A stretch of 64,000 nucleotides of DNA from Actinomycetota bacterium. GTDB taxonomy: Bacteria; Actinomycetota; Coriobacteriia; Anaerosomatales; D1FN1-002. Shown one piece after another: positions 18,744-28,055 of this stretch. The translations under genes and the position numbers were made by a program. The stretch spans positions 15,460-79,459 of the forward strand of contig JBBIJK010000003.1 in NCBI GenBank assembly GCA_037445995.1. Reading direction: 5' to 3'. How positions within the stretch are numbered: the first letter of the stretch is position 1; every line of letters starts with the position of its first letter. The notes below the pieces were generated by a model that was not told the origin of the DNA, ran no database searches, and worked only from the letters and a program-made list of their open reading frames with translations.

Positions 18744-19682
18744 TCAGAAACCTGTCATCCCGAACGCGACGATCCCGGAGACCTCCCCTCGGGCGTCGCG
18801 CGTGGGGAAGTCCAGCCACTCGACCTCCACAGTCTGACCCTCAGCGCCGGTCACACCGCCACGCGACCGCGCGGGGAGCCCCGATGCCACGATGCGGCCC
18901 ATCGCCGACCGGCGGCCAGCGCGGTCTTCCTCCGGAACGAAGCTGGCGAAGTAGTCCTCGCCGACGGCCGCGTCGGCCTCTCGCCCGAAGAGCCGCACGG
19001 CCCCGGGGCTCAGGTACGTGACCGACCCCGTCCTGTCGACGGCCACCACTACCGCGTCGGTGCTCGCGACCGCGCCTGCGAGACGGTCATGCGCCAATGT
19101 CATCGCGCCTCCGGAGGGCACCCCGGCCCTCGCGTCGAGCTGGCGGATGAGTTCTGTCTTGACCTCCAGCTCCTGAGAGAGCGTGCCCATGGTCCGGCGG
19201 AGCATCCGGTTGGCCTCCTGCAACTCGACGACCTTCTTCTCGAGTTTGCGCACCAGCCGCTCCCCGTACTCGGCCATGATGCGGTCGTCAGCCACGCGAG
19301 GTGGGCGATCCTCCGCGCCTTGGGCCACCGCCTCTGCAACAGCCTCCAACAGCAGTTCGGGCTCGATGGGCTTGAGCAGGAAGCGAGCCGCGCCGAGGTC
19401 CATCGCGAGCCGCGCGTCGGAGTCGTCTGTGTAGGAGGCGGTGAGGAAGACCACGGGGACCCCGGAGAGCGCCAGGTCGCGCTTCCACTCACGGACAAGC
19501 ATGTACCCGTCCATCTTCGGCATCAGGATGTCGGTGAGCAGCAGGTCGGGCGCCTGGGCGCGCGCCACCTCGAGCGCCTCGACGCCGTCCCGGGCCTCGA
19601 CCACGACGTGGTCCGAGGCGCGCAGTATCGTCGCTGCGAGGTAGCGCGAAGACTCGTCGTCGTCCACCACCAGCACCCTCAT
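18744..19682 (-). CDS. Response-regulator receiver domain protein with a coiled coil and a C-terminal PAS-like domain
   Basis: MRVLVVDDDESSRY...LLLTDILMPKMDG...FLLKP, then a coiled-coil linker, then a PAS-like region VVVAVDRTGSVTYLSPGAVRLFGREADAAVGEDY. Confidence 0.8.
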   Translation of the reverse strand: MRVLVVDDDESSRYLAATILRASDHVVVEARDGVEALEVARAQAPDLLLTDILMPKMDGYMLVREWKRDLALSGVPVVFLTASYTDDSDARLAMDLGAARFLLKPIEPELLLEAVAEAVAQGAEDRPPRVADDRIMAEYGERLVRKLEKKVVELQEANRMLRRTMGTLSQELEVKTELIRQLDARAGVPSGGAMTLAHDRLAGAVASTDAVVVAVDRTGSVTYLSPGAVRLFGREADAAVGEDYFASFVPEEDRAGRRSAMGRIVASGLPARSRGGVTGAEGQTVEVEWLDFPTRDARGEVSGIVAFGMTGF

Positions 19683-20101
19683 GCCGTCTCACCCCGCATG
19701 AACGACTCGACCTGCTCCACGAAACGGGAAGGGTCTATGGGCTTCGCGATGTATCCGCGGCATCCCGCGCGCAGGATGGCCTCGCGATCGCCCTTCATCG
19801 AGTAGGCCGTGAGCGCCACCACCGTCAGGCCGTCGCCATGCTCCGCCACCAGGGCCGCCGTCGCCTCGAACCCGTCCATCCTCGGCATCAGCATGTCCAT
19901 CAGCACCAGGTCGGGCAGCTGAAGCCGGGCGGCGCGTACCGCCTCCTCGCCGTCGAGCGCCGGAACGACCTCATACCCGGCGCGCTCCAGGAGAAAGCGG
20001 GCGAGGTACATGTTCTGAGGGTCGTCCTCCACGACCAAGATCCTGCGGCCCACAGCGCACCTCCGCTCCGGCCGGCCCCGGCTGCGTGACGCTACCATCA
20101 T
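19679..20101 (-). CDS. Single-domain CheY-like response regulator
   Basis: RILVVEDDPQNMYL...DLVLMDMLMPRMDG...ALTAYSMKGD...YIAKP. The stop overlaps the downstream REC-PAS start (ATGA). The exact start is uncertain and an internal GTG is possible. Confidence 0.8.
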   Translation of the reverse strand: MMVASRSRGRPERRCAVGRRILVVEDDPQNMYLARFLLERAGYEVVPALDGEEAVRAARLQLPDLVLMDMLMPRMDGFEATAALVAEHGDGLTVVALTAYSMKGDREAILRAGCRGYIAKPIDPSRFVEQVESFMRGETA

Positions 20102-20143
20102 AGAACCCCGGGGAAGTGATGGGAGTCGCCGGGCGACGAACGG

Positions 20144-21175
20144 TCAAGCTAGGCGAAGGCCACCCGGAGGCACCCGCGCGAGCAGGGAAAGCGCCGCCTC
20201 GCCCGCCTCGGTACGCCCCCGCGAGTCGCCCTCGATCGAACTGAGCGCCGCCGCCAGATCGGCTGGCAGCGCGTCGACAAGCTCGATCGCCTCGCCGCTG
20301 ATCGGGTGATCCAGCACGATGCGCCACGAGTGCAGGAACTGCCGCTCCAGCCCCAGCTCAGCCTTGGACCGCCTGCGGCCGTACACGGGGTCGCCGACGC
20401 AAGGGTGGTCGATGAAGTGCATGTGAAGGCGTATCTGGTGCGTCCGCCCGGTGTAGAGCTTGCACTCCACCAAGGAGTACCCGTCGTCGTTGCGTCCGGC
20501 CTCGAAACGCTCAAGCACGGTGAACGTGGTCACCGCCTGGCGCGCTGAAGGCGCATCCGAGACAGCCATCCGCAGCCGGTCCTTGGGATGCCGCGCGATC
20601 GGCGCGTCGATCAGGCCGGTGTCGGGCCCGATGGTGCCGTGGACGAGCGTGAGGTACCTGCGGTCCACCGAGCGCACCTTGATCTGGTCGCCCAGGACGG
20701 CCTGAGCCTGGTCGCTCTTGGCGACCATCATCAGACCCGAGGTGTCCTTGTCCAGGCGATGGACGATCCCGGGCCTGTCCTCTCCCGCCAGCGTCCCGAG
20801 CTCCTCGCTATGAGCGAGCAGCGCATGCACCAGGGTGCCGGTCCAGTGGCCGCGCGCGGGGTGCACCACCAGGCCCGCAGGCTTGCTGATGACCATCAGG
20901 TGCTCGTCCTCATAGCGCACATCCAGCGGAATGCGCTCCGGGACGAGATCCCCCACCCGCTCCGGGAGCGGAAGGTCCCACTCGACCCGCTCCCCTTCGC
21001 GGACGAGGTGATGTTTGGCCACCGTGCGCCCCTCGACCCTCACAAGACCCTTCTGGGCCAGATTGGCGGCGAACGTCCTGCTGGGCACGCCTTCCCGCCC
21101 CGCAAGCAACCGGTCGACCCGCTGACCGCACTCCTCGGCGGTGACCAGGTGCCAGCAAGCGTCGGTCCGGCTCAC
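20144..21175 (-). CDS. rluD: 23S rRNA pseudouridine synthase, RluA/RluD family
   Basis: S4-like N-terminus and the catalytic HRLDKDTSGLMMVAK. The GTG start overlaps the lspA stop (GTGA). Confidence 0.88.
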   Translation of the reverse strand: MSRTDACWHLVTAEECGQRVDRLLAGREGVPSRTFAANLAQKGLVRVEGRTVAKHHLVREGERVEWDLPLPERVGDLVPERIPLDVRYEDEHLMVISKPAGLVVHPARGHWTGTLVHALLAHSEELGTLAGEDRPGIVHRLDKDTSGLMMVAKSDQAQAVLGDQIKVRSVDRRYLTLVHGTIGPDTGLIDAPIARHPKDRLRMAVSDAPSARQAVTTFTVLERFEAGRNDDGYSLVECKLYTGRTHQIRLHMHFIDHPCVGDPVYGRRRSKAELGLERQFLHSWRIVLDHPISGEAIELVDALPADLAAALSSIEGDSRGRTEAGEAALSLLARVPPGGLRLA

Positions 21176-21684
21176 GGCAGGGCGTCCTGTTCGCCTGGCG
21201 CTTCGGCCCTGCCAAGAAGAACCGCCAGCACCACGATCCCGGTCCCGACGACGACGGCCGAGTCCGCCACGTTGAACACCGGGAACCACCCCAGGTCGAC
21301 GAAGTCCGTGACGCTACCCAGCACGACGCGGTCGTGCATGTTACCCAGCGACCCTCCCGAGATCGACCCGAGGGCCGCCACCGCCCACGGTGACAGGTCC
21401 ACCGACGACCGGACGTAGAGGAAGACGCCGACGAGGACCAGCGCCGCGACCCCGACGAACAGCCAGCGTCCCCCCTGGAGCATGCCGAAAGCCGCACCCT
21501 CGTTCTGGATGTGGGTAAGCCACAACGCGCCCGGAATCACCTGCACGGACTCGTATGGCTGCAGGAAGGCTCGGATGATCGCCTTGGTCAGCAGGTCGAC
21601 GGCCAGTACGCCCGCGGCGGCCAAGAAGACCGCGAGGCGCGCGCGGGCTACTGGGACTCCTCCCATTCCTTGCATCCCACGCAC
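21172..21684 (-). CDS. lspA: Lipoprotein signal peptidase II
   Basis: NEGAAFGML and FPVFNVADSAVVVG motifs. The start may be one of the internal Met codons. Confidence 0.88.
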   Translation of the reverse strand: MRGMQGMGGVPVARARLAVFLAAAGVLAVDLLTKAIIRAFLQPYESVQVIPGALWLTHIQNEGAAFGMLQGGRWLFVGVAALVLVGVFLYVRSSVDLSPWAVAALGSISGGSLGNMHDRVVLGSVTDFVDLGWFPVFNVADSAVVVGTGIVVLAVLLGRAEAPGEQDALP

Positions 21685-22013
21685 AGGTCAGCCGTCGGCA
21701 CTGCCTTCAAGCGCTCGATCGGAATCGGTGCCCGGCACCGGCGGCAGACACCGAAATCGGGCCCGTCGATCCTCTCGAGCGCCTTTTCTACCTGGACGAG
21801 GTGCTCGCGGGCGTTGCCCTCGAGCGTCATGTCCAGCTCGCGCGCGAAGGTCGCCGACCCCTGGTCCGCCATGTGGTCCCGGTAGTTGTTCTCGCCAGAG
21901 ACGTCCGAGAGGGTCTCCTGGCCGGCGCGCTCGAACTCCGTGATCTCCTCGAGCAGCCTCGCGCGTTCCTCGCCAAGGAATCCCTTGATCTGTGTGCGGG
22001 TGCGATCGTCCAT
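21648..22013 (-). CDS. DksA/TraR-family C4 zinc-finger protein
   Basis: C-terminal CRRCRAPIPIERLKAVPTADLCVGC (CxxC-17-CxxC) after a coiled-coil region. Confidence 0.8.
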   Translation of the reverse strand: MDDRTRTQIKGFLGEERARLLEEITEFERAGQETLSDVSGENNYRDHMADQGSATFARELDMTLEGNAREHLVQVEKALERIDGPDFGVCRRCRAPIPIERLKAVPTADLCVGCKEWEESQ

Positions 22014-22040
22014 CGGCCCGGCGCGCCTTTCGCGGTAATC

Positions 22041-22069
22041 CGAACGCCCGGCTTGTGGCCGGGCGTTCG
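22041..22069 (-). terminator. Strong hairpin downstream of ileS (candidate terminator or attenuator)
   Basis: A perfect 12-bp stem, CGAACGCCCGGC / GCCGGGCGTTCG, with a 5-nt loop, about 40 nt after the ileS stop. No clear U-tract follows. Confidence 0.45.
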
Positions 22070-22109
22070 CGTCATCGCCTCGATTGTAGCACTCGGGCCG
22101 AAAGGGCGC

Positions 22110-24908
22110 CTAGTCGAGCGCCCCAAGGACCGCCAGGCACCGCGGGCAGACATCCGCCCCCGCAAGGTCGCGGTGGTTCCAGCAGCGCGGGCACTTCTCG
22201 CCCTCCGCGGTCTCGACGGTGACGGCGAGCTGGTCGCCGCCGGACGCAGCGACCTTCACCGAAGACACGATCAGCATGTCCGCCAGCGGACCCTCGCCGC
22301 GCTGGCTGAGCACGGCTTCCACATCGGAGGGCGCGTCGATCCGGATGGCGGCCTCCTGGCTCTTCCCTATCCGCCCGGCTGCGCGGGCCTCCTCGAGCGC
22401 GCGGGTGACGGACTCGCGCACCTCCAGCACGACCGCGTACGCCGACCGCAGCTCGTCGGCCTCGGCAGCCGAGCACCCCGGAGGGTCGCCCAAGTCGGGC
22501 CAGCCGGCGAGTTGTACGCTCGGGGCGCCTCCGCGAAGCGCCTCGGGGACGGACTGCCAGACCTCCTCGGTCGTGAAGGTGAGCACCGGGGCCAGCAGGC
22601 GGGCCAGGTCCGCGAGGACGGTCGCGACGACCGTCTGGGCGCTCCTGCGAGACGGCGAGCCCGCCGCGTCGGAGTACAGCCGGTCCTTGAGGACGTCGAG
22701 GTAGAAGGCGGACAGGTCCGTCACGCAGTAGTTGAACACCGTGTGGTGGACGGCGTGGAACCTCCACTCGTCGTATGCCGCGGTGGCCTTGCGCACGACG
22801 TCGGAGAGCCTGACCAGGGCGAACCGGTCGATCTCGGGCATGTCGGCCCAGGCGACGGCCATGTCCGGCTCGAAGTCGTAGAGGTTCGAGAGCAAGAACC
22901 GGAACGTGTTCCGGATTCGGCGGTAGGCCTCGGAGGTCCTGTCCAGTATCTCGTCGGAGACGTTGACGTCCTGGCTGTAGTCGGCCGAGGCGACCCACAG
23001 CCTGATGATGTCGGCCCCCGACCTCTCCACCACGTCAAGCGGTGAGATCACGTTCCCAAGGGACTTGGACATCTTGCGGCCCTCGCCGTCCACGATGAAC
23101 CCGTGGGTAAGGACCGCCTCGTAGGGCGCCGCTCCGTAAGCGCCGACGGACGTCAGCAGGGCCGACTGGAACCAGCCCCTGTGCTGGTCTGAGCCCTCAA
23201 GGTACAGCTCGCAGGGACGGTGGAGCCCCTCCCTCGCCTCAAGGACGCTCGTGTGCGAGACGCCCGATTCGAACCACACGTCGACTATGTCGTCCTCAGG
23301 GAGTATCTCCGATGACCCGCAGCCCCCGCACGAGGTCCCGGCGGGAAGGTACTCCGCGGGCGCCTTCGTGAACCAGGCGTCCGCCCCTTCGGTCTCGAAC
23401 AGCGCGATCACGGCGTCGAACGTCCGGTCGTCAGCTACCGTCTCCCCGCAGACGGCGCACCTGAACACCGGTATCGGCACGCCCCATGCGCGCTGGCGCG
23501 AGATGCACCAGTCCGGCCGGTCGCCCACCATCGCCGATATCCGGTTGACCGACCACCCCGGTATCCACCTCACCTCGCCGATGGCTCCCAGCGCCTCGTC
23601 GCGAAGCGACGGCACACCGTCCGCCGCGCGGTCCATCGCCACGAACCACTGCTCCGTGGCGCGGAAGATCACCGGGCGCTTGCACCGCCAGCAGTGCGGA
23701 TAGCTGTGCGAGATCTGGCCGGCGGCCGCGAGCGTGCCCCTGTCGCGCAGGTACGCCACGATCTCGGGGTTGGCGTCCCAGACGGACTTCCCCTGGAACG
23801 GACCGCCGCCGGCGTCGAAGACGCCGTGGGAGTCCACCGGCATGGGCGCTGGAAGGCCGTGCTCCAGCCCCACGAGGTAGTCCTCCTCGCCGTGGCCCGG
23901 AGCGGTGTGGACCGCGCCGGTGCCGGTGGTGAGGTCGACATGGGCTCCAGCGACGACAACGCCTTCGAGGCCGTCGTGGACCGGGTGGGCGTATCGGGAG
24001 CCGACGAGGTCTGAGCCGGCGACGACAACATCAGCGCGCTCGCCCGTCCACCCGGCGACCTCCGCCACCCGGTCAGCGAGCTCACCGGCCACGAGCGCCC
24101 AAGCGCCCGAGTCCGTCCGCAACGCGACATACTCCGCGCCCTCCGAGACCGCGACCGCGGCGTTCGCCGGAAGCGTCCATGGCGTCGTCGTCCACACGAG
24201 GATGCCCACAGGGCCGTCGAGGGAAGCCAGGCCGGGTGGCCTCGACGTGAACTCGAACCTGACGTAGATGCTGCTGGACGTCTCGTCGGCGTACTCGATC
24301 TCGGCCTCGGCCAGCGCGGTCTGGCACCTCACGCACCAGTGGATCGGCTTGCGCCCCTTGTAGACCATGCCCTTGCGGTACATCTCCTTGAAGATGCGGA
24401 CGTTCCCCGCCTCGTACGAGGGGTCAAGGGTCAGGTAGGGGTGGTCGAACTCGCCGCGAACCCCCAGCCGCTTGAACTCCTCGGCCTGCACGCCCACGAA
24501 CCTCATGGCGTACTCCCTGCACCGAGCACGCAGTTCCGCCTGCGAGATGGTGCGCATGCGCTCAGGGCCGAGCTCCTTCTCGACCTGGTGCTCGATCGGC
24601 TGGCCGTGACAGTCCCAGCCGGGCACGTAGGGCGCGAAGTACCCTCGCATGGACTTGTACTTGACCACGAGGTCTTTGAGCACCTTGTTGAAGGCAGTGC
24701 CCATGTGGATGTGGCCGTTGGCGTAGGGCGGGCCGTCGTGGAGGATGAACACCGGCCCTGCGCGGTTGGCCTCGAGCGACCTGCGGTAGACGTCGATCTC
24801 GTCCCAGAACGCGAGCCACTCAGGCTCGCGCTGAGCGAGGCCCGCCTTCATCGGGAACTCCGTGCGAGGCAGGTTCATCGTGCTCTTGAAGTCAGGTTTG
24901 CCGCTCAT
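22110..24908 (-). CDS. ileS: Isoleucyl-tRNA synthetase
   Basis: 932 aa, HIGH-type PYANGHIHMGTAF, KMSKS as KMSKSLGN, and a C-terminal zinc finger CPRCWNH...CPRC. Confidence 0.95.
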   Translation of the reverse strand: MSGKPDFKSTMNLPRTEFPMKAGLAQREPEWLAFWDEIDVYRRSLEANRAGPVFILHDGPPYANGHIHMGTAFNKVLKDLVVKYKSMRGYFAPYVPGWDCHGQPIEHQVEKELGPERMRTISQAELRARCREYAMRFVGVQAEEFKRLGVRGEFDHPYLTLDPSYEAGNVRIFKEMYRKGMVYKGRKPIHWCVRCQTALAEAEIEYADETSSSIYVRFEFTSRPPGLASLDGPVGILVWTTTPWTLPANAAVAVSEGAEYVALRTDSGAWALVAGELADRVAEVAGWTGERADVVVAGSDLVGSRYAHPVHDGLEGVVVAGAHVDLTTGTGAVHTAPGHGEEDYLVGLEHGLPAPMPVDSHGVFDAGGGPFQGKSVWDANPEIVAYLRDRGTLAAAGQISHSYPHCWRCKRPVIFRATEQWFVAMDRAADGVPSLRDEALGAIGEVRWIPGWSVNRISAMVGDRPDWCISRQRAWGVPIPVFRCAVCGETVADDRTFDAVIALFETEGADAWFTKAPAEYLPAGTSCGGCGSSEILPEDDIVDVWFESGVSHTSVLEAREGLHRPCELYLEGSDQHRGWFQSALLTSVGAYGAAPYEAVLTHGFIVDGEGRKMSKSLGNVISPLDVVERSGADIIRLWVASADYSQDVNVSDEILDRTSEAYRRIRNTFRFLLSNLYDFEPDMAVAWADMPEIDRFALVRLSDVVRKATAAYDEWRFHAVHHTVFNYCVTDLSAFYLDVLKDRLYSDAAGSPSRRSAQTVVATVLADLARLLAPVLTFTTEEVWQSVPEALRGGAPSVQLAGWPDLGDPPGCSAAEADELRSAYAVVLEVRESVTRALEEARAAGRIGKSQEAAIRIDAPSDVEAVLSQRGEGPLADMLIVSSVKVAASGGDQLAVTVETAEGEKCPRCWNHRDLAGADVCPRCLAVLGALD

Positions 24909-24995
24909 CGTCCGAACCTCTCACGCAGCACGGGACGGTACCCCCCGGCGCGCTCGCCGACGGATCCCGTCCGAGGCCGCACAGCCCGCGGGCGT

Positions 24996-25715
24996 CTAGT
25001 CGATCTCCTCAATGTCGAGGTCGTCGTCCCGCTCCCCGGCGGCGCCGAAGTCCGGCAGCGCGAACTCCCTGGGCTCGTCCAGCTCGGTGTCGGGCTCGAT
25101 CTCAGGCGAGACCACCTCGCCCAGTTGCACGCCCGTGACGAAGCCCGATGCGGGCGGCTCGGCAGCCGGCTCCGCGTCCGGAGCGCCGGCGGGCGGCTCC
25201 TCGGGCACCACGTCGGCCGAACCGACGACACCCTCGTCCGTCTCCCCGGTCATCAGGCGAACGTCCTCTGGAATCCGCACCTCGGCCAGGGTGGCGAGGT
25301 ACTTCTCGAGGAGGTTGCGGAAGGTAGTGCGAAACTCGCCTTCGGCCTCCTTGATGCGCGCGAGCTCGGTGCCCACGGACTGCTTCTGGGTCAGGGCGTT
25401 GTGGATGATCTCCTTGGATTTGAGGTCCGCGTCACGACGGATGTCAGCCGCTTCCTGCTTGGCCTTCTCCACCATCTGGTCGGCGGAGGCCTGCGCGGCG
25501 ATCATCGCGTTTCGCAGCGTCTGCTCCATGTCCTGATACCCGCGAACCCGCTCGCGAGCCTCTTCGAGCTTCTCGGAAAGGTCGATGTTCTCCTTGAAGA
25601 GGCGCTCGAACTGGTCGGCCACCTCGTCAAGGAAGTCGTCGACCTCCTGGACGTTATAGCCCTTGACCGAGTGCCGGAACTCCTTGTGGTGTATGTCCAG
25701 CGGGGTGAGCTTCAT
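24996..25715 (-). CDS. divIVA: Cell-division/polar-growth protein DivIVA
   Basis: MKLTPLDIHHKEFRHSVKGYNVQEVDDFLDEV N-terminal DivIVA domain, followed by coiled coils and an acidic tail. Confidence 0.9.
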   Translation of the reverse strand: MKLTPLDIHHKEFRHSVKGYNVQEVDDFLDEVADQFERLFKENIDLSEKLEEARERVRGYQDMEQTLRNAMIAAQASADQMVEKAKQEAADIRRDADLKSKEIIHNALTQKQSVGTELARIKEAEGEFRTTFRNLLEKYLATLAEVRIPEDVRLMTGETDEGVVGSADVVPEEPPAGAPDAEPAAEPPASGFVTGVQLGEVVSPEIEPDTELDEPREFALPDFGAAGERDDDLDIEEID

Positions 25716-25738
25716 GACCTCACGATCCTTTCGCGGCC

Positions 25739-26005
25739 CTACAAGCCCATACCGGCGAGCAGCCGCACGAGCCAGTTCCCCACGAAGTTAAGCACAATGA
25801 GCGCCACCATCGGAGAGAAATCGATACCGGCCGTAGAGGGCATCACTCGCCGGAACACGCCGATGAATGGCTCACACACCAAGCCAAGGCCGTGGTAGAT
25901 CTCCCACAGGACGCCAGAAGGCCTGAACCACGACATGATCACGTACACGAACACCACCGTGCTGTACACCTGGATGAAGCCGTTCAGGACGCCGGAGAAG
26001 CTCAC
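25739..26005 (-). CDS. YggT family membrane protein
   Basis: 88 aa with two TM segments, in the conserved position upstream of divIVA. Confidence 0.85.
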   Translation of the reverse strand: MSFSGVLNGFIQVYSTVVFVYVIMSWFRPSGVLWEIYHGLGLVCEPFIGVFRRVMPSTAGIDFSPMVALIVLNFVGNWLVRLLAGMGL

Positions 26006-26823
26006 TCAGCACCCAACTCCTCAGCTCGGGCCACGGCCGATCGCACCGCGCGACCTATGGCTCCCTCCATGTCGTCCCCCCGCATCGATCCCAGGGCGGC
26101 GACCGTCGTGCCGCCGGGGCTGGACACCCCGGCTATCAGTTCGCCGGGGCTGACACCCGAGGCCAGCAGCTCAGCTGTCCCTCGCATGGTGCGAACGGCG
26201 AGCTCCAGGGCCACTGCCCGCTCCAACCCCTCGCGCTCGCCGGCGGCGGCCAGAGCGTCGACGAACAGCGCGAAGTACGCCGGTCCCGAGCCCGAGATCG
26301 CCGTCGCCGCGTTCTGGTCCGCCTCCGGGATGACCAGCGCGTGACCCACCGCCTCGAAGAGCGCGCGGACCTCCTCGCACTGTTCAGCGGAGGCCGAGCT
26401 CCCGCCGCTGACCACGCTCATGCCCGCGCGGACCATCGAGGGCGTGTTCGGCATCACCCTGACCACGCGGGCCCCGGGAGCAAGGGCCGCCTCCAGCCTC
26501 GACGTCGTCACACCTGCGGCGATGGAGACCACCACCGAGTCCTCCGGGACGCAGGGGGCAAGGTGAGCGACGATCTCGTCTATGACCTGCGGCTTGACCG
26601 CCAGTATCACGAGCGAGGCCCCCTGGACCGCGTCCCGGCCGTCATCGACGCAACGGACGCCCCATGCGCGCGCCAGAGCGTCGCGCCGATCCGCGTCCGG
26701 TTCGGCGACGACCACGTCCGGCGCGCGGACGGCGCCGGCGTCGAGAAGGCCCGCGCAGATGGCCTCGCCCATCCTGCCGCCGCCGATGATGGCGAGGGTT
26801 CCCGGAGTCACTGACCCTATCAC
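26002..26823 (-). CDS. proC: Pyrroline-5-carboxylate reductase
   Basis: LAIIGGGRMGEAI Rossmann N-terminus and the C-terminal SPGGTT motif. It has 4-nt overlaps with both sepF and yggT. Confidence 0.9.
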   Translation of the reverse strand: MIGSVTPGTLAIIGGGRMGEAICAGLLDAGAVRAPDVVVAEPDADRRDALARAWGVRCVDDGRDAVQGASLVILAVKPQVIDEIVAHLAPCVPEDSVVVSIAAGVTTSRLEAALAPGARVVRVMPNTPSMVRAGMSVVSGGSSASAEQCEEVRALFEAVGHALVIPEADQNAATAISGSGPAYFALFVDALAAAGEREGLERAVALELAVRTMRGTAELLASGVSPGELIAGVSSPGGTTVAALGSMRGDDMEGAIGRAVRSAVARAEELGAE

Positions 26824-27347
26824 CCGTCGAACTTGAACAGCCCGGTGTCCTGAAGCCTTCTGCGATCCTCGGCCGAGACGCTGACGTTGGGCGGGGTCAA
26901 CAGGAACACCTTGTCCGAGACCTTCTGCAAGCCCCCGTTAAGGCCGTACGTCAGGCCCGACGCGAAGTCGATCAACCTCTTGGACAGGTCGGGGTCGGTC
27001 ATCGTCAGGTCCATGATCACCGGCGTCCCGGCCTTGAACCGATCACCTACCGTCTGCGCCTCGCCGTAAGCCTTCGGCTTGGCGATGTGCATGTTGACCT
27101 GCCTGGACGCGCCGGCCGGCTCGTCAACCGAAGGGATGCCCCGCGGCACGGCGTCTCGAGCCCTGTCCAGATCCGGCTCGCGGGACAGCCTGCGAACCGA
27201 CATGGACTCCGCGTAGGGCGTGCGGTAAAGACGCTCGCGAGACTCGGTCTCGTCGTAGCTGGAGCCGCCCTCTTCGTCGTCGTCCTCGTACTCGTCGTAC
27301 TCGGATGACAGACCTAGCCCGGCCTTTATGCGCTCCCACATGCTCAC
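26820..27347 (-). CDS. sepF: Cell division protein SepF
   Basis: The N-terminal (V)SMWERIKAGLGL is a membrane-targeting helix type, followed by the C-terminal core VIMDLTMTDPDLSKRLIDFASG. I chose the GTG start at 27347 because GGAGG lies 7 nt upstream. Confidence 0.88.
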   Translation of the reverse strand: MSMWERIKAGLGLSSEYDEYEDDDEEGGSSYDETESRERLYRTPYAESMSVRRLSREPDLDRARDAVPRGIPSVDEPAGASRQVNMHIAKPKAYGEAQTVGDRFKAGTPVIMDLTMTDPDLSKRLIDFASGLTYGLNGGLQKVSDKVFLLTPPNVSVSAEDRRRLQDTGLFKFDG

Positions 27348-27375
27348 GTCGATACCTCCAGCGATGCGCCGACCG

Positions 27376-28053
27376 CTACCGGCCGAAGATGGCCCTTCCG
27401 ACACGCAGGATCGTCGCGCCCTCCTCGACAGCGACCTCGAAGTCGTTGGTCATGCCCATCGACAACTCGGTCATCTCAACGCCATTCAACCGCAACGAAG
27501 CCAGCCGCGCAAAGAGCGCGGCCAAGTCGCTGAACACCCAGCGTACCTCTTCGGGTCTTGCGAACGGGGCCATCGTCATCAATCCGGTGACCCTGATGCC
27601 CGGCATGACCGACGCGGCGCGAAGAGCGTCCTCGACCTCGTCGGGCGGGAAGCCGTGCTTGGCCGCCTCGCCCGCCACATCCACCTGCAGCAAGACGTCC
27701 TGGACGATCTCCAGGCGCTGCGCGCGCGAGTCGACCGCGGCCAGCAGCCGCTCCGAGTCGATGGAGTGGATAAGACCCGCCTTGCCCACGACGTCCTTGA
27801 CCTTGTTGGTCTGGAGCGTCCCGATGAAGTGCCACCGCAGCTCCGGGAAGAGGCCGTGTTTGGACGCGAGCTCCTGTGCGCGGTTCTCGCCAAAGTCGGT
27901 CAAGCCACAGGCGACGGCGTCACGCACTTCGCGCGGGCCGACGTTCTTGGCCACGGCGACCAAGCAAATCTCATCAGCGTCGCGTCCGGCGACGTCGGCG
28001 GCGTCTGCCACCCTGCGGAGCACCGACCGATACCGCTCGGCTATGGCCCCCAC
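27376..28053 (-). CDS. YggS/YlmE family PLP-binding protein
   Basis: VAVAKNVGPREV, FGENRAQE and HFIGTLQTNK motifs. The GTG start is at codon 140 of ORF 27376..28470, 2 nt after the phoU TAA. Confidence 0.88.
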   Translation of the reverse strand: MGAIAERYRSVLRRVADAADVAGRDADEICLVAVAKNVGPREVRDAVACGLTDFGENRAQELASKHGLFPELRWHFIGTLQTNKVKDVVGKAGLIHSIDSERLLAAVDSRAQRLEIVQDVLLQVDVAGEAAKHGFPPDEVEDALRAASVMPGIRVTGLMTMAPFARPEEVRWVFSDLAALFARLASLRLNGVEMTELSMGMTNDFEVAVEEGATILRVGRAIFGR

Positions 28054-28055
28054 GT

